64,000 nucleotides of DNA from a virus (lineage: Duplodnaviria; Heunggongvirae; Uroviricota; Caudoviricetes). Shown here piece by piece: positions 9,626-18,556 of the stretch. A program made the translations under genes and the position numbers. The notes under the pieces were generated by a model. The model ran no database searches. It had not been told where the DNA came from and saw nothing but the letters and a program-made list of their open reading frames with translations. Location of the stretch: IMG/VR virus record IMGVR_UViG_3300031993_006620; one strand, 5' to 3'. The first letter of the stretch is position 1; each line of letters starts with the position of its first letter.

Positions 9626-11149
9626 CTACCCGCCCACCTCGTTGCGACGCGGCGTCGTGTTCCATCCGAGGCTGAACTCCCCGAACCGGCCGAAGTCACG
9701 GATGTACCTGTCCACGGCCGTCTCGGGTATGCGCTCCCCGAAATGGGTGAGGATGATGCTCATCATGTCCCCGTAGCCTGCCACGGGGTACTTGGCGCGA
9801 TATTGCTCAAGTACAGTGAAGTCGTAGTCGCCTGCGGGGCGACCGCGACCGACCTCGTTGAAGAGATCCACGGGCCACTCGTTGCCCTCGGACTGGACGG
9901 TGCCGGTCTCGAAGTCAACTTCCCTCGAGAAGCCGACAAACGTGTTCCTGTCGACGTACTCGACGACGCGGTCGATGAACATGTCGCTGCAGTACACGCC
10001 GTGTACCCTGCGCTCGGCTTCGCCAGTGGCGATGATCATGTCGCCGTGCCCGAGAAGCCTTTCGGCGCCGCCGTGACCGAGGATGGTGGAGCTGTCCACC
10101 GCCGAGCTCACCTTGAAGGCGATTCGGTAGGGGAGGTTCGCCTTCAGGTCGCCCGTGATGACCTTCACGGACGGACGCTGGGTGGCGAGAACCAGGTGGA
10201 TGCCCACAGCACGGCTCTTCTGCGCGAGCCTCTGGACGAGGCGCGTGAGCTCGGCACCGCTGGACAGCATCAGGTCGGCGAACTCGTCAACCACGCACAC
10301 GATGTAGCGCATGCGGGCACCCGAAAGCCGGGAGATCGGCATGGTCGAGAGCCTCGCGTTGTACGCGCCGATGTTGCGGCAACCCTTTGCGGCGAGGAGG
10401 GCATAGCGGCGCTCCATCTCGTCGACGAGCCACCCGAGACCTCGCATGGACTCTTCGGGCGAGACGAGAACCCTGTTGTTCACGCAGTTGGGGAGCTTCG
10501 CGAACATCCCGAGCTCGACACCCTTGGGGTCGACAAGGAGGAGGTCGAAGTCTCGCAGGTCGACGTTCTTGATGAGGCTCGCCACGATAGCGCCGATGCA
10601 CACGGACTTGCCGGAGCCGGTCATCCCGGCTATCAGCAGGTGGGGCGCCTTGGCGAGGTCTATCGCGACGCCGTGGCCGTCCACGGAGACGCCGAGCTCG
10701 AGGGGGAGGGACATTCCGGAAACGTCGGCCACGACGGAGCCGGGCAGGACATACTTCCTCGTCTTCGCGGGGATGTCCACCGCGAGGACGCCTTCCTCGG
10801 GAATCTGGGTGCAGGAGACCTTGCTGACCCTGAGGCCCATCGCGATGTCGTCGCACAGCGACTCGACCTGCGAGACCTTCACCCCCTCGGGGAGAGCCAG
10901 CTTGATACGGACGAGCACGGGACCGCACTCGATCCCCCTGACGACCGCACCGCGAACGCCGAAGCTGCCGAGCACCTTCACGAGACGGTCGGATATTCCG
11001 TCGGGGACTTCGTTGCCGAGGTCGGCCGTTTCGGAATAGCACCGTTCCACGAAGTTGTCGCGACTGGTTATCCCGTAGCAGGATATGAGCGACTTCGTAG
11101 CGTTGTCGAGCTGGATGCCGAACATTGTCTCGATGTCTTTGCAGTACAT
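9626..11149 (-). CDS. FtsK/SpoIIIE-family DNA translocase ATPase (507 aa)
   Basis: Walker A GMTGSGKS, LLVDPKGVEL and FtsK-type motifs; AAGGAGG RBS before MYCKD. Confidence 0.8.
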   Translation of the reverse strand: MYCKDIETMFGIQLDNATKSLISCYGITSRDNFVERCYSETADLGNEVPDGISDRLVKVLGSFGVRGAVVRGIECGPVLVRIKLALPEGVKVSQVESLCDDIAMGLRVSKVSCTQIPEEGVLAVDIPAKTRKYVLPGSVVADVSGMSLPLELGVSVDGHGVAIDLAKAPHLLIAGMTGSGKSVCIGAIVASLIKNVDLRDFDLLLVDPKGVELGMFAKLPNCVNNRVLVSPEESMRGLGWLVDEMERRYALLAAKGCRNIGAYNARLSTMPISRLSGARMRYIVCVVDEFADLMLSSGAELTRLVQRLAQKSRAVGIHLVLATQRPSVKVITGDLKANLPYRIAFKVSSAVDSSTILGHGGAERLLGHGDMIIATGEAERRVHGVYCSDMFIDRVVEYVDRNTFVGFSREVDFETGTVQSEGNEWPVDLFNEVGRGRPAGDYDFTVLEQYRAKYPVAGYGDMMSIILTHFGERIPETAVDRYIRDFGRFGEFSLGWNTTPRRNEVGG

Positions 11150-11171
11150 TGTGCCTCCTTGCTGGTTCACG

Positions 11172-11204
11172 TAATAAAAAATGCCGGGGCGGAGGAGCCC
11201 CGGC
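11172..11204 (-). terminator. rho-independent terminator downstream of the tmRNA
   Basis: Minus-strand read GCCGGGGCTCCTCCGCCCCGGC followed by ATTTTTTTATT. The stem sequence resembles the reiterated hairpin motif. Confidence 0.6.
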
Positions 11205-11346
11205 GACATTGACGATGTGCTGGAACCGTTCCGGCGAGAAAAAAGAGGCCAGCCGCCTTAGCGCAAGTTCCCAAACAACGAAATGGGTAACTGCGCGTCT
11301 GCCGCGTGCTGAACGGTGGTGCTACCGGCGGCTGGCGTGAGTTTCG

Positions 11347-11701
11347 TGGAGGTGGCGGGAGTCGAACCCGCGTCCAAAAACACTTACCCGCTTGCTACTA
11401 CACGCGTTTCCTCTGGATTTGAAATTTCGCAGGATCATACGCCCTAGAGGCCGGCGCGTGAACCCGCAAGCACCGATGGATCTCGGGGACGGCCTCGGTA
11501 CCGGACTTGTCCCCTACCCCGCATTGCGGCCCGGAGTCACCCCCAGCGGAGAAGGGGGCGGTCCAGGGGTTGCCTTAAATTAGGCAGCCATTGCTACAGG
11601 TGCAGCATTTATTTTTTACAGACTTTTTAACGAGTGCCCACGTCTGTGACCTCGGCGTGCAACTTGCGTATCGGCGTCCCTGTCGAAACCAGGTCACCCC
11701 C
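11347..11701 (-). ncRNA. ssrA: tmRNA (SsrA), about 355 nt
   Basis: 5' end GGGGGTGACCTGGTTTCGACAGGG and 3' end GGACGCGGGTTCGACTCCCGCCACCTCCA match E. coli tmRNA closely. An internal tag ORF ends ...GCAATGGCTGCCTAA (candidate tag AAPVAMAA); CCA is not encoded. Confidence 0.85.
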
Positions 11702-11769
11702 AAGTTTTACGTTTAAAAATCTCGCCGGAATGTTAATCTGCGGGGACGCTCTGCGGCGGTCCCGGACGA

Positions 11770-11798
11770 AATATAAGTATTTCTGCAAATGTTGTCAA
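11770..11798 (-). promoter_or_regulatory. consensus sigma70-type promoter TTGACA-N17-TATATT driving ssrA
   Basis: Reverse complement gives TTGACA acatttgcagaaatact TATATT, about 70 nt upstream of the tmRNA 5' end. Confidence 0.55.
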
Positions 11799-11800
11799 GG

Positions 11801-12358
11801 CTACCACTCGATCGAATGGCGCTTGGCCTTCGCCGATGGAAAGTTGAGGCGCCGGTAGAGCACCTGGTCGCGGACCCTGTAGTCGTCCGACAGCGACCAG
11901 TCTATGCTCTGCCTCGGAATCTCCGTCCCGACATAGTAGAGCCGGTGGTCGTCGACGGCGTCGAAGTTGACCGCGTCGAAGAATCGGAACCCGCTGTAGC
12001 TCGCCAGGATGTCCGGACAGCCGTCGACCCTTGAAATGCTCAGCACGTAGCTGTAGTCCCGGTTGTAGTCGTAGTAGCAGCTCAGCTTCCCCCTGTTCCC
12101 GGAAATCCTCACGAGATGGTATATCGCCACCTGGGGACAGGTCAGGTCGGAGTCGGGCGGTGTCGCGATCGAGCCGAGGTAGGCGCAGGTCGGCCTGCCG
12201 TCCACGAGGACGGGAAGCGTCTCCATCACCGCCACGGTGCTGAGGCGCGTGTCCTGTATGTCGCCCTTGACCTTCTTCCCGTCGAAGGGGACGGGAACGT
12301 GCTCCGCGAAAGCGGACGCGGCGAGCGCCACCGCCATTGCTAGGATTGCCTTTATCAT
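11801..12358 (-). CDS. secreted hypothetical protein (185 aa)
   Basis: Start MIKAILAMAVALAASAFA is a signal peptide, with RBS GAGAGGAAACCA. Motif copy and terminator lie upstream. ORF-track start 12412 trimmed. Confidence 0.55.
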   Translation of the reverse strand: MIKAILAMAVALAASAFAEHVPVPFDGKKVKGDIQDTRLSTVAVMETLPVLVDGRPTCAYLGSIATPPDSDLTCPQVAIYHLVRISGNRGKLSCYYDYNRDYSYVLSISRVDGCPDILASYSGFRFFDAVNFDAVDDHRLYYVGTEIPRQSIDWSLSDDYRVRDQVLYRRLNFPSAKAKRHSIEW

Positions 12359-12410
12359 TGGTTTCCTCTCGGGTTGTGTCCTGTCGATATGCCCGCCGGG
12401 GAGCCCCGGC

Positions 12411-12448
12411 ACAAAAAGAAGCGCCGCCGAGGTTCGCTCGGCGACGCC
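12411..12448 (-). terminator. rho-independent terminator after gene 12469-13161
   Basis: Minus-strand read GGCGTCGCCGAG-CGAAC-CTCGGCGGCGC followed by TTCTTTTTGT. Confidence 0.5.
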
Positions 12449-12468
12449 GGTGTGTTATGCAGAATTTG

Positions 12469-13161
12469 CTAGTTGGCGCCGCGCACCCAGTCGATGTCCT
12501 TCGCCGTCATGAGCGTAGGGTCCTTGCAGCCCGTCATCCCCTGGGTCTTGAGGTTGCACTCGTCGGGGTCGTAGTCGACCTCGCCCGTGGCCGCCGTGCC
12601 AACGCCGACCTGCTGGCCGGGGTTCTCGCGGGTGGCGTCGTCGAACGTCTGCCCTTCGGGCATACGGAACACCTTGCCCGTGACCGTGGAATAGTAGGTG
12701 CGCCTGTCAGGAGATACGTACCATCCCACCTTGGCGGCGGGGGCCTTCGCGATGTCGGAGAGCGCCACGTGGTTGAGCGAGTCGCTGTAAAGTCCCGGAC
12801 GGGATTCCGCGTCGACGTATGTCCACCCCTTCGACGCGAGTTCGTCTCCGTAGAAGGCGTAGTTCTGCGCCTTGCGGGTTGTCAGGTCCTCGTTGAGGTC
12901 CTTCTGCGCGTCTGCCTTGACCTCGGCGGCGGTCTCCTTGGCGGAGTCGAGAGCCTTGTCGACCGGGTTGCCCGCGACGTGGTTCAGGCCGAGAGCGCCC
13001 ATTGCGCCGATGGCGCCGATGCCGAGCGCCCTGCCGATCTTGCCTTCGAGCGCGACCTTGCGCTCGCAGGCCTCGTAGAGCTTCCCGACGGATTCGGCTA
13101 TGCCCTTCATCTTCGGGTTCTCCTTGACCTTCTCGAGGTTGTCCAGAAATATTTGGTTCAT
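12469..13161 (-). CDS. hypothetical protein (230 aa)
   Basis: Long ORF; start MNQIFLD. Confidence 0.6.
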   Translation of the reverse strand: MNQIFLDNLEKVKENPKMKGIAESVGKLYEACERKVALEGKIGRALGIGAIGAMGALGLNHVAGNPVDKALDSAKETAAEVKADAQKDLNEDLTTRKAQNYAFYGDELASKGWTYVDAESRPGLYSDSLNHVALSDIAKAPAAKVGWYVSPDRRTYYSTVTGKVFRMPEGQTFDDATRENPGQQVGVGTAATGEVDYDPDECNLKTQGMTGCKDPTLMTAKDIDWVRGAN

Positions 13162-13191
13162 CGTGCAGCCTGTGTTACATCTGTCCGCAGT

Positions 13192-13353
13192 TTATACGGT
13201 GAGGTAGCGCAGTACGGCCGCGAAGATGATACCGAGGACAAGCGCGGGCACCCAGTCCCTCGACCTCTTCGGGGAATCCTGAAGAGGCGTCCGGGCGGTT
13301 TCCGTGGACGGGAGGATGCGCGGTCCGGACCAGATGTCGTCGGCGTTCCGCAT
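13192..13353 (-). CDS. small tail-anchored membrane protein (53 aa)
   Basis: ATG lies 3 nt after the upstream stop. C-terminal hydrophobic helix WVPALVLGIIFAAVL. Shorter than 60 aa, so not in the ORF track. Confidence 0.3.
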   Translation of the reverse strand: MRNADDIWSGPRILPSTETARTPLQDSPKRSRDWVPALVLGIIFAAVLRYLTV

Positions 13354-13356
13354 CGG

Positions 13357-13638
13357 CTACTTGGCCGTCCTGAAGGTGAGCCAGGAGTTCCAGCGCGGGA
13401 TGCGGGTGGACTTGCCGGTCACGTTGTCGGTACGGGTGTCGATCTGGAGGATGGCGGCATCCTTGCCGGTCTCGTCGACAATCGTGGCGGACTCGATGAG
13501 GCCGAACTTCTTCTCGCCGACACGCGCCTTCAGGGCGTCCTGCAGCTTCAGGCCTGCCTGGAACGGGGTGTTGGTTTCGGTCTCGCCGATGACGATTTCG
13601 GGGAGGCCTTCGAGCTTGAGCTTGCAAGTGTATTTCAT
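13357..13638 (-). CDS. hypothetical protein (93 aa)
   Basis: AAGGAAATCCACAA RBS; ATGA overlap with the upstream gene. Confidence 0.55.
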   Translation of the reverse strand: MKYTCKLKLEGLPEIVIGETETNTPFQAGLKLQDALKARVGEKKFGLIESATIVDETGKDAAILQIDTRTDNVTGKSTRIPRWNSWLTFRTAK

Positions 13639-13967
13639 TTGTGGATTTCCTTGAGTTTGTATGTTTTTGTACCGTCGTCGGTAACCTTCTCGACGATGGC
13701 GAACACCAGCGGACGGGGCCAGTAGTCCCCGAGCGTGTAACCGTCCTGCGTGATTAGCTCGGCGTGGACGGCCAGCTCGTGGAATTTCCCCGGAAGGGCG
13801 CGGACGATGGCCATGGCGTCCTCGATCAGGTCGGGTATCTCCTTCCTAGTCGAGGCAATCAGGACTCGTTCGCGCTCCGGCCAGTTGTTCAGGTGGCACA
13901 CGCCCCAACCGTCGCAGGCCGCGACGTAGCGTCTACTGTTGCTGAGTTCCACTCGTAACGATATCAT
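13635..13967 (-). CDS. hypothetical protein (110 aa)
   Basis: AAGGAGG RBS before MISLR. Confidence 0.55.
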   Translation of the reverse strand: MISLRVELSNSRRYVAACDGWGVCHLNNWPERERVLIASTRKEIPDLIEDAMAIVRALPGKFHELAVHAELITQDGYTLGDYWPRPLVFAIVEKVTDDGTKTYKLKEIHK

Positions 13968-14000
13968 GGTGGCCTCCTTGGTAAGGGCGTGGGTTGATGG

Positions 14001-14408
14001 TTAGTTTCCGTCGACGGCCTCGGCGATGTGCTCCTGCTGGTACTTCTCGAACGCGAAGGCGGCGAGGGGCAGGCCGTAGTCCTGCGAGACACGGGCCGAG
14101 ATGTCGGCCATCTGCGTGTCGGTGAGGGTGTGGTTGCCGTTCGCCTCGAAGCATCCACGCACCTGGCACACGATGCTGTTGACGATGTCGGCGCCGATAA
14201 TTTCGCCGATGATGACCGGACGGAAGTTTCCCTCCTCGGGATGCTCGTCGGCCACTCGGCTGAACTCTTCCATGAAGTCCCTGGCGCAGTCCTCGCACCT
14301 CGGGATGACCTTCACGAAGTCGTTGGCCACGTTGTTGCGGTCGACCTTGTGGACGGCGCTGGAATACACTTCCCAGTTTTCCTTGGTAGATGCGATAGTA
14401 ATGGACAT
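14001..14408 (-). CDS. hypothetical protein (135 aa)
   Basis: Motif copy plus AAGGAG RBS upstream. Confidence 0.6.
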   Translation of the reverse strand: MSITIASTKENWEVYSSAVHKVDRNNVANDFVKVIPRCEDCARDFMEEFSRVADEHPEEGNFRPVIIGEIIGADIVNSIVCQVRGCFEANGNHTLTDTQMADISARVSQDYGLPLAAFAFEKYQQEHIAEAVDGN

Positions 14409-14475
14409 TGTAAATCTCCTTGATTTGCGTTATTTTCGCCTAACTCCATGTATGGGGCGGGGGAGCCCCGGTCGG

Positions 14476-14967
14476 TCACTTGCGCTTCGGCTTCTTGGGG
14501 ATGAAGCGGGACAACAGCGCATCCACCTTCTTCGCGCACCTTTTGGCCAGCCTGCGAGCTTCCTTTTCGGAAATGATCTTGTACGAGGTCTCGTCGTCCG
14601 GGTCGACGGTGAGCGTGACGTCTTGGAAACGGATGTCTTCGGGGACGGGTGCCGCGAAGCCGTGAATCCTGAGCAGGGCGCCGTCGAGCTTCAGTTCGAC
14701 TCTGCCGGTGCCTGCGTCAATGGAGTTGACGTACTTGACCTTGGCGAGACGGAATCCGACGTGTTCATCGGTGTGATCGTATGCGGAACCGAGGAGAATG
14801 AACTTGCCCGAAAACTTCTTGTTGAGATCGGCCTTGCTTTCGGCCAGTTCCGCTGTACGGGCGTCTTCCAGCTCCTCGCGGAGCTTGGCGATTTCGGCCT
14901 TGATTTCAGTAGAGCTGCGACGCTTCTGCTGTGCTTCAGTTGCTCGTTTCGTGGGTCTCTTTGACAT
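14476..14967 (-). CDS. hypothetical protein (163 aa), lysine-rich C-terminus
   Basis: Start MSKRPTK with an AGAGGACACT RBS; ORF-track N-terminus trimmed. Confidence 0.55.
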   Translation of the reverse strand: MSKRPTKRATEAQQKRRSSTEIKAEIAKLREELEDARTAELAESKADLNKKFSGKFILLGSAYDHTDEHVGFRLAKVKYVNSIDAGTGRVELKLDGALLRIHGFAAPVPEDIRFQDVTLTVDPDDETSYKIISEKEARRLAKRCAKKVDALLSRFIPKKPKRK

Positions 14968-14975
14968 AGTGTCCT

Positions 14976-15203
14976 CTAGATTGATGTTGTTTCGTACTGG
15001 GCGAGCTTCTCCGCCCGTCGTACGTCGGCCCGGAAGTTGAGCAGTGCCCGCTTGGGGTCCGAACTCGAACCGGCCACGACCACTACCGCGTTGCTCTTCA
15101 GAAGACACATCTTGACGTGCTTGGAGCCTTCCTTGAGCGCCCATCGGCCGCTCGCCAGCATAGCCTTGACTATCGGGAGCATATTCTTGTCGATCTTCTT
15201 CAT
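14976..15203 (-). CDS. hypothetical protein (75 aa)
   Basis: Hairpin CCGGGGCTCCGTGGAGG lies directly before the ATG. Confidence 0.45.
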   Translation of the reverse strand: MKKIDKNMLPIVKAMLASGRWALKEGSKHVKMCLLKSNAVVVVAGSSSDPKRALLNFRADVRRAEKLAQYETTSI

Positions 15204-15224
15204 GTTACCTCCACGGAGCCCCGG

Positions 15225-15791
15225 CTATCCAGCCTTGGCGTCCTTCTTGACGTCGCTCCACTGGATGCGCCACGCCTTGTCTGGCTTGTCGTTATACGTG
15301 TAGGTGCTCAGGTCGACGGACATGGTGTACCCGCAACTCTCGAGAGCCTTGTAGATGTCTTCTTCGAGGTCCTTGAAAAAGAGTCCGAATTTCGTTGCGT
15401 GTTCACAATACCTCAGCACATAGTTAGTGTAGTAATGTCCGCTCGTCTTTGCCAGTTCGATCGCGTCGTTCCGTATATCACGGACGAACTCCATAACTGC
15501 GCGGTCGTGGTACTTCTCGATGTGCCGCCTGGTGGCTTCCTTGGTCTCTTTCGCGAGATTGGAGAAGTCGGATAGCGTTATGGAAGTGCGGTAGCAGTTG
15601 ACCGCGCTGGACACGTAGCCGATGACGAATCCGACGGCGAACAGGACGGGCGCGATGAAACGGGAAACGCCGTCCGTGTCGAGATAGAGAGCGACCATCG
15701 AGAACGGGCCGACAATCGACCATGCACTGCAGAAGGCGAACAGGATGTTGGCCGGACGGAGCAGGGCGGGTTTCAGCTTCTTACTTATCAT
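15225..15791 (-). CDS. membrane protein (188 aa)
   Basis: Two N-terminal TM helices. Confidence 0.55.
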   Translation of the reverse strand: MISKKLKPALLRPANILFAFCSAWSIVGPFSMVALYLDTDGVSRFIAPVLFAVGFVIGYVSSAVNCYRTSITLSDFSNLAKETKEATRRHIEKYHDRAVMEFVRDIRNDAIELAKTSGHYYTNYVLRYCEHATKFGLFFKDLEEDIYKALESCGYTMSVDLSTYTYNDKPDKAWRIQWSDVKKDAKAG

Positions 15792-16380
15792 AGGTATTCT
15801 CCTTTGCGGGCCAGCTCAACTGAAATTTTGTCAATTTGGCGAACACGGTGTCATATATTTCCTGGGTCAGGCCAGCTGCCCCGTACTGCTTCTCGACGAC
15901 GCTGTTCACCAGTGACCTTTCGGGCAGGTTCTCTTCGACGATGTATCCGTCCGATTGGAGCATCGCCTTGATTTCGGGGAGCAGGTCCTCGAGATGGAAC
16001 TGATCCATCGAGCAGGTTTCAATGATTTCGTACGGGGATACCAACGCAGTGAACTGATTCCTTTTCGAGTAGTTGGCGTCGATGTACCTGATGATTTGGT
16101 CGGCGCATGTCCTGGCGATGGGCGCCTTGGCTGACTGCGCCTCGGTCGCGAGCCGTCGAGACTTGTCCGCAGGGCTGAGTTTCAGATCGGTCTCGTCGTC
16201 TCGGCCGCTATCGTCCGCATCCTGCGGCACTGATCTGGTGCAGTGGAGCGACATGGCGCAGACGAGGAAGACCACCAGACTGACGACGCCGGGAGTGTAG
16301 GGGTGGTTATCGCCGAGACCGAGCAGGTACAGGACGATAAGGGTGAGCAGTGCGATGAAAAATGAAATTAGGTATTTCAT
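15781..16380 (-). CDS. membrane protein (199 aa)
   Basis: Start MKYLISFF via ATGA overlap with the upstream stop; TM helices present. Confidence 0.5.
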   Translation of the reverse strand: MKYLISFFIALLTLIVLYLLGLGDNHPYTPGVVSLVVFLVCAMSLHCTRSVPQDADDSGRDDETDLKLSPADKSRRLATEAQSAKAPIARTCADQIIRYIDANYSKRNQFTALVSPYEIIETCSMDQFHLEDLLPEIKAMLQSDGYIVEENLPERSLVNSVVEKQYGAAGLTQEIYDTVFAKLTKFQLSWPAKENTYDK

Positions 16381-17048
16381 GTGTTCGAGCTTCTCCTTTT
16401 TGCTTGATTCCATAATGCTTTTGTGATGTAAGTAACGTTGCCGTTAATTTCGACTGACACCGTATTATCGTCCGATACGACTATATTATCGGCGTTGGTT
16501 ATGTTGATGTATGTCAAATCGGTATTTACATTGCCGATTTTGACAAACACCGCGCTCCCGATGCAAATCACGTCGTCCGGATTGCCGGAGTCGACACGGA
16601 TGTAATCAGGCGCCGGTCCAGCGGCCTTTTCATTGGTGTTCTTGATGGGGGGCATCGATTCGACAATATCCTTGAGTTGCTCGTCGGTCATGCCAAGCCA
16701 GCTCTCCGGGATGTAGATGCGGGTCGGCTGCCCGTTCTCCGCATCGCGGCAGTTCGCGGGGGTGACGGGTGCGCCTTCCAGGTAACGGTTGGCCTTGACG
16801 GGGTTGAACGTCTCGACTTGTGCGATAAGCTGTCCCTGCTCGCCCTGCAGGATGCGAGTAATCTTGTGGGCTGCGTGTACCGGCACGCCGACAACTACTC
16901 CGCCAACGAGCTTGTTGAACTGGCGCCCGTGCTGTTTGAAAAAGTCGCTGATGTTCCAAATTCGGGAACACAGGAGGCTGTAGAACCTGAAATGGCCTTG
17001 CACTTGCTGGTGGCCGATCAAATCGGTCTTCTTGTTTTCTTGTGTCAT
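16377..17048 (-). CDS. hypothetical protein (223 aa)
   Basis: First gene downstream of the consensus promoter at 17065-17093. Confidence 0.6.
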   Translation of the reverse strand: MTQENKKTDLIGHQQVQGHFRFYSLLCSRIWNISDFFKQHGRQFNKLVGGVVVGVPVHAAHKITRILQGEQGQLIAQVETFNPVKANRYLEGAPVTPANCRDAENGQPTRIYIPESWLGMTDEQLKDIVESMPPIKNTNEKAAGPAPDYIRVDSGNPDDVICIGSAVFVKIGNVNTDLTYINITNADNIVVSDDNTVSVEINGNVTYITKALWNQAKRRSSNT

Positions 17049-17064
17049 GATAGTAGTCCTTTTT

Positions 17065-17093
17065 GGTTGGAATATAAATTATTTATCCTGAGT
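17065..17093 (-). promoter_or_regulatory. consensus sigma70-type promoter TTGACA-N17-TATATT
   Basis: Reverse complement gives TTGACA actcaggataaataatt TATATT. AT-rich intergenic region lacking the GC motif. Confidence 0.5.
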
Positions 17094-17135
17094 TGTCAAT
17101 ACCTTTTCGCAATCGGGAAATAATTTCTGGCGCAA

Positions 17136-17585
17136 CTAATTGTATTGTAGAATCTCAGCTGCCATCTGCGCGGCCTCGTTGGCTTTGCAACGCTTCCTGT
17201 CCTCGGCCTCCCACCGTTCGCGTTCGCGCCGTATTTCAGCTCTCAGGTCGGAGGCGACCTTGTCCAGCTGCTCGTCGGTCATCGAGAAGTATTCCAGATT
17301 GATATAGTAGGTGTAGCTCTCCCATCCGTCAGCGTGAACAACCAGGTAGTTCTGGCCGTCGGCTCCCTTCGCCACGTCGCCAATGTCGGTGACAACTTCG
17401 CACTCCACATCCGGCACTCCGACTATTTCGTGCTTATCCAGTCTCTCGCCTGACTCGGTGACGAAACGCGTCCCGTCGAAACAACCGCGCAACTTTTTCG
17501 AAAGCCTGCTGATCGCCTCGCGGATCCGCTTGCCGGTCACGATATAGTTGTCGATTACATTGGGCAATATGATGTTCTGTTCCAT
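17136..17585 (-). CDS. hypothetical protein (149 aa)
   Basis: Motif copy upstream. Confidence 0.6.
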   Translation of the reverse strand: MEQNIILPNVIDNYIVTGKRIREAISRLSKKLRGCFDGTRFVTESGERLDKHEIVGVPDVECEVVTDIGDVAKGADGQNYLVVHADGWESYTYYINLEYFSMTDEQLDKVASDLRAEIRRERERWEAEDRKRCKANEAAQMAAEILQYN

Positions 17586-17653
17586 GTTATCTCCTTCTTG
17601 CGTTTACCCCATAAAGTGGAAAGGGAGCCCCGGCAGGGACTCCCTCGGATGGA

Positions 17654-18487
17654 TTACTTTGCCTTCGGCTTGCGACCCCTCTTCCGTTCGGGCTTGGCGG
17701 GGTTCGCCTTGCTGGCCTTCCTCGCCTCCGCCTTTTCCCACTTGACAAGCAGGGCCTCCTTGTCCTCGAGGGACAGGGCTTCCCACTTGGCGTCGGCATC
17801 CGCCCTGCGGGAACGCTCGGCCTCGTACTTTGTAAAGGCGTCACGCTGGAACTGGACGAGCGAGTCGACCAAGGTGGACTTTGTCTCCAGGTTAGCCAGC
17901 CCGTCCCTTTCGTGACGAGCCGCGAGCTTCTTGAGCTCGTTGGCGCCCTCGGTCCATTCGTCGAACGCGTACTTGATTCCCTCGTACGGGTCCCAGAAGA
18001 TCTTCGCGTTGAAGATGACGGGGATGTTCGGGCTGATCGCCTCGGCGATGACGTCCTTGTCGTTGGGGAGAGGGACGTCCATAATCGTGCAAGTCGCGCC
18101 GTTCGACGTGCCGATGCGGTTCAGACTGGCATTGAGGCTCACCGTGCCGTCGTCATTGACGGGAATCCAATAGACGTACGGTGCGCTTAACGGGATAGGC
18201 TTCTTGTTGAGGGACGGGGACATCACGGCAAGGACGCACGCTCTCCCATCCGGCTTCCGTTCCATCACGTGACCCTGAACGCCGATGATACCGTCTCTGT
18301 ACAGGGCGTCGCCTGCGCGACATTCGACGATTTCCAGGTTGGACTCCACCAACTTGAAGCCGTTGCTATTGCCGAGAATCCCGTAGTTTAAGTCGACGCC
18401 GGTGTTTAAACGATTTCCGCCGGGGTTGACGTTTGTCAGGACGGGGAAAAGGTTCGTGGACGACTTGATTCTTTGGATATTGCTCAT
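17654..18487 (-). CDS. hypothetical protein (277 aa), Lys/Arg-rich C-terminal tail
   Basis: Motif copy upstream. Confidence 0.6.
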   Translation of the reverse strand: MSNIQRIKSSTNLFPVLTNVNPGGNRLNTGVDLNYGILGNSNGFKLVESNLEIVECRAGDALYRDGIIGVQGHVMERKPDGRACVLAVMSPSLNKKPIPLSAPYVYWIPVNDDGTVSLNASLNRIGTSNGATCTIMDVPLPNDKDVIAEAISPNIPVIFNAKIFWDPYEGIKYAFDEWTEGANELKKLAARHERDGLANLETKSTLVDSLVQFQRDAFTKYEAERSRRADADAKWEALSLEDKEALLVKWEKAEARKASKANPAKPERKRGRKPKAK

Positions 18488-18556
18488 TGTGTTCCTCTTG
18501 GTTGACTGTTGAACGCGGTCGTCCGGGCGATACGGGGCCGGGGGAGCCCCGGATGC

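Noticed and set aside
11210-11346. Possible tRNA or integrase/att duplication adjacent to the ssrA 3' end
   Set aside because: No cloverleaf-like sequence and no second copy of the tmRNA 3' end (GGTTCGACTCCCGCCACC) in the window, so island boundaries cannot be supported from this sequence alone.
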